Shown one piece after another: positions 26,292 through 33,724 of a DNA stretch of 64,000 nt. The position numbers and the translations under genes are program-made. The notes below the pieces were generated by a model that saw nothing but the letters and a program-made list of their open reading frames with translations, ran no database searches and was not told where the DNA came from. Each line of letters opens with the position of its first letter. The stretch's first letter is position 1. Origin of the DNA: Bacteroidota bacterium (GTDB lineage: Bacteria; Bacteroidota; Ignavibacteria; Tepidaquicellales; Tepidaquicellaceae); contig JAFDZR010000018.1 in assembly GCA_018266875.1 (NCBI GenBank), forward strand, positions 17,916 to 81,915. Direction: 5' to 3'.

Positions 26292-26912
26292 ATGATAAGA
26301 AAAAATTTAACCGGGATTGTCGTTGCTGCAATAATTCTGACACTTTTAATACTGCTCCTCACTGGAAAAATTGTTTATCCCGTGAAATCAGACACGCTTG
26401 ATGTTCATAACTCCGGTGAAATTAAAAAACCACTTATTGAACTTACAGGCGCCGGTGATGATAAAACTCCCGATATTAAAAATAACGGCAGATGGATAAA
26501 TTCCGAAAAGGAACTTACTCTTGATGACCTCAGAGGAAAAGTCGTACTGATAGAATTCTGGACTTTCGGTTGTTACAACTGTACAAATACTCTTCCTTAT
26601 CTTAAGCAGTGGTATGAAAAATACAAATCTCAAGATTTTAAAATGATAGGGATCCACTGTCCGGAGTTTGACAACGAAAGAAATTTTGATAATGTAAGCA
26701 AAAGCGTGGAAGAGCTTGGAATAAAATATCCCGTACTTACCGACAATGATTTTTCAGTATGGAGAAAGTTTGACGTTCACGCCTGGCCGACAATATTTCT
26801 TATAGATAAATCAGGTGAAATAAGATACAAAAAGGTAGGCGAGGGAAAATATGAAACCACGGAAAACAAGATTATAGAACTTCTTTCCGAAAAACATTCC
26901 TCATCAAAATAA
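26292..26912 (+). CDS. Membrane-anchored thioredoxin-like (TlpA/DipZ-C-type redoxin) protein
   Basis: I prefer the ATG at 26292 (MIRKNLTGIVVAAIILTLLILLL, a signal anchor), because the ORF-track start at 26190 overlaps arsS. Redox motif WTFGCYNC, then GIHCPEF...YPVLTD...WPTIFLID, typical of redoxins. Confidence 0.85.
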   Translation: MIRKNLTGIVVAAIILTLLILLLTGKIVYPVKSDTLDVHNSGEIKKPLIELTGAGDDKTPDIKNNGRWINSEKELTLDDLRGKVVLIEFWTFGCYNCTNTLPYLKQWYEKYKSQDFKMIGIHCPEFDNERNFDNVSKSVEELGIKYPVLTDNDFSVWRKFDVHAWPTIFLIDKSGEIRYKKVGEGKYETTENKIIELLSEKHSSSK

Positions 26913-26931
26913 TTCTATTTAATTTTCCAGT

Positions 26932-28278
26932 ATGGCTGAAAATATTGTAATAATCGGAAACGGAATAACGGGAATTACGGCGGCAAGACATATCAGAAAA
27001 AGAAGCGGCAGTAATATTTTTGTGATCTCTTCAGAGTCAAAGTACTTCTATTCCAGAACAGCACTTATGTATGTTTACATGGGGCATGAAAAATTCGAGA
27101 ATATAAAACCCTATGAAGATCATTTCTGGGAAAAGAACAGGATTGAACTTCTGTTCGAACACGTAACCGGGATTAATACGGAAAAAAAGCAGGTTAACCT
27201 TGCAAGCGGTAATACCCTGAACTACGATAAGCTCATTATCGCCACCGGTTCGAGATCAAATAAATTCGGCTGGAAAGGACAGGACTTACACGGTGTGCAG
27301 GGTCTGTATTCGCTCCAGGACCTTGACCTGCTGGAAAAGAACACGAGAAATATCGGAAGAGCTGTAATTGTCGGAGGCGGTCTGATAGGAATTGAACTTG
27401 CCGAGATGCTCAGATCACGGAATATTGAAGTTACCATGCTTGTAAGGGAAAAAAGTTACTGGGATAATATCCTTCCCGCAGAGGAATCTGAAATGATAAA
27501 CAGACATATAAGAGATCATCACATTGATCTCAGATTGTCATCCGAACTTGATGAAATCAGAGGTGACAGCAGCAGCCGTGTCAGAAGCATTATCATGAAA
27601 ACAGGAGAGGAAATAGAATGTCAGCTTGTCGGTCTTACTGTAGGTGTGCGTCCAAATATTGAAGTTGCACTGAATTCCGGAATTGAGACCAACCGCGGTA
27701 TTCTCGTTAATGAATTTCTTGAATCAAGCGTAAAAGATGTTTATGCTGCAGGTGACTGCGCAGAATTCAGAACGGCTTTCCCCAACAGAAAAAATATTGA
27801 ACAGGTCTGGTACACAGGCAGAAAACATGCTGAAGCAATAGCTCAGACTGTCTGCGGAAACAGAACTGCATACGAACCAGGGATCTGGTTCAACTCCGCC
27901 AAATTCCTTGACATAGAATATCAGGTTTACGGTTTGATCAACATGAACATTCAGGAGGAGAAAAATCTTTACTGGGAAAATAAAGAAGGAAATAAAGCGG
28001 TAAGAATTGTCTACACCGATGAATGCGTTCAGGGTTTCAATCTGATGGGAATAAGATACCGTCATGAAGTCTGCGAAAAATGGATTAGGGAAAAATATTC
28101 AATTGAAAAGGTTATTGAAAATCTGGGCGAGGCTAATTTTGATCCGGAATTTTTTACTCAGTACGAAAAGGAGTTAACGGAAAAATACAATCTTGAAAAT
28201 CCGGGAAAGAATATCAGACTTAAAAGATCACGTAAACTATTCCGTTCACTGTTTAATAATTCAAAGGAGACCGCATGA
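26932..28278 (+). CDS. NAD(P)/FAD-dependent pyridine-nucleotide-disulfide-type oxidoreductase
   Basis: 448 aa. Two Rossmann motifs (IIGNGITGITAA; VVGGGLIGIELAEML) and the AAGDCA FAD motif. Confidence 0.85.
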   Translation: MAENIVIIGNGITGITAARHIRKRSGSNIFVISSESKYFYSRTALMYVYMGHEKFENIKPYEDHFWEKNRIELLFEHVTGINTEKKQVNLASGNTLNYDKLIIATGSRSNKFGWKGQDLHGVQGLYSLQDLDLLEKNTRNIGRAVIVGGGLIGIELAEMLRSRNIEVTMLVREKSYWDNILPAEESEMINRHIRDHHIDLRLSSELDEIRGDSSSRVRSIIMKTGEEIECQLVGLTVGVRPNIEVALNSGIETNRGILVNEFLESSVKDVYAAGDCAEFRTAFPNRKNIEQVWYTGRKHAEAIAQTVCGNRTAYEPGIWFNSAKFLDIEYQVYGLINMNIQEEKNLYWENKEGNKAVRIVYTDECVQGFNLMGIRYRHEVCEKWIREKYSIEKVIENLGEANFDPEFFTQYEKELTEKYNLENPGKNIRLKRSRKLFRSLFNNSKETA

Positions 28279-29588
28279 ATCAGGAAATATTAATTCCCGG
28301 TGATCAGCCTGTCAGCGAAAATACTGTAATGAAGAAATCAGGTCTTGCATTATTTTCTCTGGGCATGCTTTTTTTCCTCATTAGTTTTACAAGCGTTACA
28401 AAATTCAGTCCGGTCTTGTTTTTTATATTAAGTATCATTCTTCCCTGCGCCGGCGCTCTGATGTTTTTCACTGCGCAGCTTAAAGGTTCTCTGCCCGGTG
28501 TTAAGAAAAACAATATTCAGTTTCTGTCGGCAACTAACAGAGGACTTATCGGATGGACTGTTGCGGTTTTCCTGACGGGGATGTACATACTCATATACTG
28601 GTTTCCGGAACTGCTTGAAAATCTTATAAGGATCTTTGATCCGCTGAGTTATACATTCAACGGACATCCCGCAAATCAGTGGTTTCTCTACGGCACGCTT
28701 TATACGATAGCTGTTCTCGTTATGGGTGTCAGAATGATAGTTCACAACAGACATAATAAATATCAGATCATCAGGACATTTTCAGTGATGTTCTTTCAGC
28801 TGGTCCTCGCTTATCTGATTCCAATGTTCATACAGAACGGATTTTTCTTTACATATTTCTGGCCGCTCAAGCAGGATTATCTTTTCCCTTCAAGTTATGA
28901 ATATCTTGTAAAGTCCGGCGGACTCGGAATGTTCATGTTCTTCTGGGCGGCTGTGATGACTTTTATTGCCACTCCGGTACTTACTTATTTTTACGGGAAA
29001 AGATGGTACTGCTCGTGGGTATGCGGATGCGGGGCAATGGCTGAAACTCTAGGAGATCCTTACAGACAGAATTCCGATAAATCACTTACAAGCTGGAAGA
29101 TAGAAAGATGGATGGTGAATTCAGTTCTTCTGATCATTACCGTGATAACAGCTTTGATCTGGATCGACAGCGCTAATAAGAATTTCATGCTGGGAGAATT
29201 TGCTCATACTGCCAATAAATGGTATGCATTCTTTATAAGCGCAATGTTTGCAGGCGTGATCGGAGTGGGATTCTATCCGCTGATGGGAGCAAGGGTCTGG
29301 TGCAGATTCGGATGTCCCATGGCAGCGGTTCTCGGAATTTTTCAGAAATTTTTCTCAAGATTCAGGATAACGGTAAACGGCGGTCAGTGTATCTCATGCG
29401 GGAACTGTTCTACTTTCTGCGAAATGGGAATTGACGTGAAATCATATGCCCAGCGCGGTCAGAATGTTATAAGAGCTTCATGCGTCGGATGCGGCGTATG
29501 TTCGGAAGTATGTCCCAGAGGCGTTCTGCGGCTGGAAAACGGTCCTGTCGAAGGAAGATATGAACTGAATAATGAATATCTCAGATAA
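28275..29588 (+). CDS. Polytopic membrane 4Fe-4S-binding protein (NapH/MauN-like architecture)
   Basis: 437 aa. Several TM helices, CSWVCGCG and CRFGCP motifs, C-terminal two-cluster ferredoxin motifs CISCGNCSTFCEMG and CVGCGVCSEVCPRG. The start overlaps the upstream stop (ATGA at 28275-28278). Confidence 0.8.
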   Translation: MNQEILIPGDQPVSENTVMKKSGLALFSLGMLFFLISFTSVTKFSPVLFFILSIILPCAGALMFFTAQLKGSLPGVKKNNIQFLSATNRGLIGWTVAVFLTGMYILIYWFPELLENLIRIFDPLSYTFNGHPANQWFLYGTLYTIAVLVMGVRMIVHNRHNKYQIIRTFSVMFFQLVLAYLIPMFIQNGFFFTYFWPLKQDYLFPSSYEYLVKSGGLGMFMFFWAAVMTFIATPVLTYFYGKRWYCSWVCGCGAMAETLGDPYRQNSDKSLTSWKIERWMVNSVLLIITVITALIWIDSANKNFMLGEFAHTANKWYAFFISAMFAGVIGVGFYPLMGARVWCRFGCPMAAVLGIFQKFFSRFRITVNGGQCISCGNCSTFCEMGIDVKSYAQRGQNVIRASCVGCGVCSEVCPRGVLRLENGPVEGRYELNNEYLR

Positions 29589-29594
29589 ATTTTT

Positions 29595-30392
29595 ATGAAA
29601 AAATTTACTTCGCTTTTTTTTATTTTTCTTTCGCTGAATTTCATTTCATGTTCTGAACAGGAACAGAAAAAACCCGGAAATTCCGAAAGCATTAATTTTG
29701 ATTTCGGTCCAGTGGATGCTTTTATGAAAAAATATGTGAAGGACGGAAAGGTAAAATACGAAGAGGTATTAAATGACAAAGCTCTGGATCAGTATACTGC
29801 TCAGGTAAAAAATACAGAACCATACAATATTGAAAACGCAAATGAAAGGCTGGCTTTCTGGATCAACGCTTACAATGCGTTTACCATAAAACTTATCACG
29901 GATTACTATCCCGTGAATTCAATACTTGATATCGAACAGAAGACGGGAGCAAATCCCTGGAAAATGAAATTCATTGAAATGGCGGGCGGCAGAAAATTCA
30001 GTCTCGATGAGATTGAAAAGGAAATCATCATTCCCGATTACAAAGATCCGAGAATTCATTACGCACTGGTATGCGCGGCTGAAAGCTGTCCGGTTCTCAT
30101 CTCGGAAGCATACACTCAGGAAAAACTCAATGCGCAGCTTGACAGACAGGCGGAAGTTTTTCTTAATGACAGAAGTAAGAACTATATTGATAAAACAGAA
30201 AACGAACTATATCTCTCTACGATCTTTAAATGGTATGCGCGGGATTTTGTAAAAAAAGATTCTTCCGTTATAAAACACGTTCTGAAATATATTAACCCTG
30301 AGGACAAAGATTTTATTATCAGCAATAAAACCGAAGACATTAACTATTTAGACTATTCCTGGAAACTCAATGATGTTAAAGAAACTAACTGA
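29595..30392 (+). CDS. DUF547-domain lipoprotein
   Basis: 265 aa. Lipoprotein-like signal (FIFLSLNFISCSEQ). RLAFWINAYNAFTIKLI and IHYALVCAAESCP are the segments I associate with DUF547. Confidence 0.75.
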   Translation: MKKFTSLFFIFLSLNFISCSEQEQKKPGNSESINFDFGPVDAFMKKYVKDGKVKYEEVLNDKALDQYTAQVKNTEPYNIENANERLAFWINAYNAFTIKLITDYYPVNSILDIEQKTGANPWKMKFIEMAGGRKFSLDEIEKEIIIPDYKDPRIHYALVCAAESCPVLISEAYTQEKLNAQLDRQAEVFLNDRSKNYIDKTENELYLSTIFKWYARDFVKKDSSVIKHVLKYINPEDKDFIISNKTEDINYLDYSWKLNDVKETN

Positions 30393-31908
30393 ACCGGGGG
30401 TTTTAAAAATTCTGCTCGGAATAATAATCGCTCTGAAATTCATGATCTCATTCAACACGGGTCTGTTTGAAGATGAAGCGATATACTGGAACTGGTCTCA
30501 GAATCCCGATCCCTCATACTCTTTTACAACTCTGTCCGCTCTCAATCTGTTTACTGCTTTCCCCGGATATGTAAATGAATTTACTGTGAGACTTCCCGCG
30601 CTTCTGACGAATTTTGTAATACTGTTCTTTTTATTAAGAACCGGTAAATTTCTCGGATTTTCTGAAAGAAAAATTCTTCTGACAGCAGTTCTTATATTCA
30701 GTATTCCCTTTGTCACCATATATTCTTCATTCATATCTCCTGACTCCATGATACTGATGTTTACATTGTCATCAGTTTTTTTCAGCATAAAGGTAATTAA
30801 AAAAGGAAATACGGAAGACTGGATCCTGTGCGGCGTCTCATTCGGACTGCTCATACTGAGCAAATACACAGGTGTTGTCTTTGCTGCTGCTTTCGCTGTG
30901 TTTGTGATTTATTTTAGAAAAGATCTGAAGGGATTCAGTGTGTTTAAACTTTCCGCTTTTCTTATATCGGTTTTCATATTGGTCTCTCCGCTGCTTTACT
31001 GGAATCTAATCAACGAACCCGTATGGCTGAATTATTATTTTAAAACAGGAGCTGATAAAATTGATTCCGGATATGCAGAAAGTATTTACAGATTTATTCT
31101 GTCTCAGACTGCAATACTCCTTCCTGTTACTTTTATTCTGATAATTTATATAACGTTTAACCGCTTAAGAAAAAAAGAAAAAACACCGGAAGAAAAATTT
31201 CTTCTCTTCAGCGGAATATTTATTTTGTTCTGCTTTGCTCTGCTATCTCTTTCAGGGAAACTGAAGGGAAACTGGCCTTTCATGGCTTACATTCCACTGG
31301 CGTTTCTTTATATTTACACAAAAAAAACCGTAACTGTCAGAATCCTTTTTGCGATTACTTTTGCAGTGAATATTTTTCTTCTTTCACTTCTTAATATGAG
31401 CTCGGACAGCATCAGCAGCATTGCCGACAATAAATTCGGAAATTATATTAACAGCACTTATCACGATTACTGGCCGGGATATGCAGGCAATTCCGCCAAT
31501 GATAAAAACTGGGAAGAAAGGATCCTGAAAATGAAAAACTGGCAGAGCAGTATTCTTAAATTAAATGATGAGATAATCACCTCGGATCTCAGATATGATT
31601 TTCTTGCAAGTGATAATTTTATTCTCAGCCCTCTTCTTAAATTTTACATGAAAAAGGATAACGTATATCTGCTGGGCGACCTGCGTTTCAGATATATAAA
31701 TTCAGCAGAAGTTAACAGTGAGCTGACAGGAAAAGATGCCATACTTATTTCTTATAATGATTCTGATACCGGACCCGTTGAAAACAGATTTGAAGAGATT
31801 AAGGAAGTAAAAAAAATCCGGTTCAGAATTTCAGAAGATCTGTATCAGGAATTTACAATTAACCAGTGCAGAAATTTCAAACCCGGGATCGTATCCGCTG
31901 ATGAGTGA
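30370..31908 (+). CDS. GT-C fold membrane glycosyltransferase (family 39 / ArnT-PMT-like)
   Basis: 512 aa. About 10 TM helices in the N-terminal 330 aa with an early acidic loop (FEDEAIYWNW), then a soluble C-terminal domain. It overlaps the DUF547 gene by 23 bp and the GT2 gene by 8 bp. Confidence 0.7.
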   Translation: MMLKKLTEPGVLKILLGIIIALKFMISFNTGLFEDEAIYWNWSQNPDPSYSFTTLSALNLFTAFPGYVNEFTVRLPALLTNFVILFFLLRTGKFLGFSERKILLTAVLIFSIPFVTIYSSFISPDSMILMFTLSSVFFSIKVIKKGNTEDWILCGVSFGLLILSKYTGVVFAAAFAVFVIYFRKDLKGFSVFKLSAFLISVFILVSPLLYWNLINEPVWLNYYFKTGADKIDSGYAESIYRFILSQTAILLPVTFILIIYITFNRLRKKEKTPEEKFLLFSGIFILFCFALLSLSGKLKGNWPFMAYIPLAFLYIYTKKTVTVRILFAITFAVNIFLLSLLNMSSDSISSIADNKFGNYINSTYHDYWPGYAGNSANDKNWEERILKMKNWQSSILKLNDEIITSDLRYDFLASDNFILSPLLKFYMKKDNVYLLGDLRFRYINSAEVNSELTGKDAILISYNDSDTGPVENRFEEIKEVKKIRFRISEDLYQEFTINQCRNFKPGIVSADE

Positions 31909-32599
31909 CATATATGTTCTGATTCCCGCCGTTAACGAGGAAAACTCAATTGCCAGAGTAATTGAAGACATTCCCGCTGATCTTGTAAAAGAAGTAGTGG
32001 TTGTTGACAACGGTTCCGAGGATAATACAATTAATGCCGCTGAAAAAGCGGGAGCTGCGGTTCTGTCGGAATCAGTCCGCGGATACGGCGCTGCATGCCT
32101 GAAGGGTCTTTCATACATTTTCGGAAAATGCAGTGATGATGACGTAATAGTTTTTCTTGACGGGGATTATTCGGATCATCCTGAAGAGATGGGAAAAATC
32201 GCCGCTCCTGTTATCGGTGAGAATTATGATATGGTCATCGGCTCAAGGATACTCGGCAAGAAACTGGGAATGACGGAAGAAGATTCTCTTTTACCGCAGG
32301 CGGAATTCGGTAACTGGCTTTCAACTGCATTGATTAAATTATTCTGGGGTTATGAATTCACTGACCTCGGTCCGTTCAGAGCAGTGAAAGTAAGTTCGCT
32401 GAAAAAAATGAAAATGAAAGATATGAATTACGGCTGGACTGTCGAGATGCAGATCAAAGCAGCGAAATTTAAAATGAACTGCACAGAAGTTCCGGTCAGC
32501 TACCGCAAACGTATTGGCGTTTCAAAAGTAACCGGGACTGTCAGCGGCAGCGTAAAGGCAGGTGTCAAAATTCTTTATACTATTTTTAAATCACTATGA
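31901..32599 (+). CDS. Family-2 glycosyltransferase (polyprenyl-phosphate sugar synthase-like)
   Basis: 232 aa. LIPAVNEENSI, VVVVDNGSEDNT and FLDGDYSD (DxD) motifs. The size and motifs fit small soluble GT2 enzymes, including the rSAM/selenodomain-associated 'transferase 2' type. Confidence 0.8.
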   Translation: MSDIYVLIPAVNEENSIARVIEDIPADLVKEVVVVDNGSEDNTINAAEKAGAAVLSESVRGYGAACLKGLSYIFGKCSDDDVIVFLDGDYSDHPEEMGKIAAPVIGENYDMVIGSRILGKKLGMTEEDSLLPQAEFGNWLSTALIKLFWGYEFTDLGPFRAVKVSSLKKMKMKDMNYGWTVEMQIKAAKFKMNCTEVPVSYRKRIGVSKVTGTVSGSVKAGVKILYTIFKSL

Positions 32600-32716
32600 A
32601 AGCATTACTATGAAAATTTATTTTCACCTCAATGTCTCTACGACTCGAAGAAATTTTTAACAGAATTTTTTTTCTGATCAAAGATCTTTTTGTTTAATAT
32701 TAATTACAAAATATTA

Positions 32717-32779
32717 AATTCGTAATTCATAATTCATAATTCGTAATTCATAATTCGTAATTCGTAATTCGTAATTGTA
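32717..32779. repeat. Heptamer microsatellite (AATTCRT) x9
   Basis: aattcgt aattcat aattcat aattcgt aattcat aattcgt aattcgt aattcgt aattgta, read directly from 32717. Confidence 0.9.
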
Positions 32780-32783
32780 ATAT

Positions 32784-32839
32784 GTCATTCCCGCGTGTTC
32801 TCTATTTTGTCATTCCCGCGTGCTCCCGGCGGGAATCTA
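32784..32839. repeat. GGGAAT-hairpin (REP-like) element
   Basis: GTCATTCCCGCGTG occurs twice (32784-32797 and 32809-32822). The second copy pairs with CCGGCGGGAATCTA (32826-32839), giving stem ATTCCCGC/GCGGGAAT. The same arms recur, inverted, at 35801-35815 and 35950-35964. Confidence 0.8.
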
Positions 32840-33175
32840 ATCAGACTCTGTCTTTCAATTTCAAATGCTAAATCTTACAATTCCCGCTGTTGTTGGTTTT
32901 TTCAAAAAGTTTGCCTGAGGTTCAGTTGAATATTTTATCACATCTTGTGCAACCTTTTTGTTCACCAACAACGGAAGATATTGTAGAATTATTTATTGAC
33001 GATTGAAGCAGCAGACATAACAGTCAGTGATACAGGTGACCAATAAGTTTACCTGTGTAAAGCAGAAATAATGAGGTTCTACAGTGTAAACTTTTCGGAA
33101 TACCGACACCGGCTAAAAATAACATTTTCAGGATCGGGATATATGAAACAGGTGCCGGTGGATCTTTTCTTGAAT

Positions 33176-33429
33176 CCCGGGAATAACTTACGGAAATCCG
33201 TAACAAACTCAAGGAATTCTTTGACTTTCCTGCGGAAATCCCTGACAAACTTACGGAAACCCGGGAATAACTTACTGAGACCCGGGACAAATTCTCGGAA
33301 TCCCGGGAATAACTTACGGAATCCCGGGACAGATTTACGGAAACCCGGGAGTAACTCACTGATCTGCGTAACTTACTTAAGGATTTCCCTTACAAACCTA
33401 CGGATTTCCTTGAATGATCTACAGAAATC
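33176..33429. repeat. Tandem array of about 12 degenerate 20-22-bp units (consensus CCCGGGAATAACTTACGGAAW)
   Basis: The units read contiguously from 33176: cccgggaataacttacggaaat, ccgtaacaaactcaaggaattc, tttgactttcctgcggaaat, ccctgacaaacttacggaaa, cccgggaataacttactgaga, cccgggacaaattctcggaat, cccgggaataacttacggaat, cccgggacagatttacggaaa, cccgggagtaactcactgatc, tgcgtaacttacttaaggattt, cccttacaaacctacggattt, ccttgaatgatctacagaaatc. There are no unique spacers between units. Confidence 0.9.
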
Positions 33430-33724
33430 ATTTTTAATAAATATATTACTCTGTAGTTAAAATATCAGAGAATTTAAACATTTTTCTAAAAATGCTTTGG
33501 AATTTTTTTACCGACGAATGAAGCAACAGTCAACACTATTTGAGATGTCGGTGACCAAAAGTTTGTGAGAAATAAATTTGTTAATTTAAGATTTTACAGA
33601 ACAAACTATTGGAACACCAACATCAGCGCAAATTATTGCTGTCAACAAACTTAAATCTCTGTTCCGTGTCTTGACTGTTAAATACATAGTTCATACCTTT
33701 TAGAAAATTAATAAAGGAGAAATT

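Noticed and set aside
33176-33429. CRISPR array interpretation of the 21-bp repeats
   Set aside because: The repeat units are contiguous with no unique spacers, the units are degenerate rather than near-identical, and there are no cas genes anywhere in the window.
33024-33460. Two overlapping ORFs on opposite strands (111 aa minus strand, 129 aa plus strand) across the 21-bp array
   Set aside because: Both frames are open only because the DNA is a 21-bp (7-codon) tandem repeat. The translated products are low-complexity heptads (NPGNNLR / SVSYSRV) with no signal, domain or convincing start context. I treat them as a DNA repeat until expression data say otherwise.
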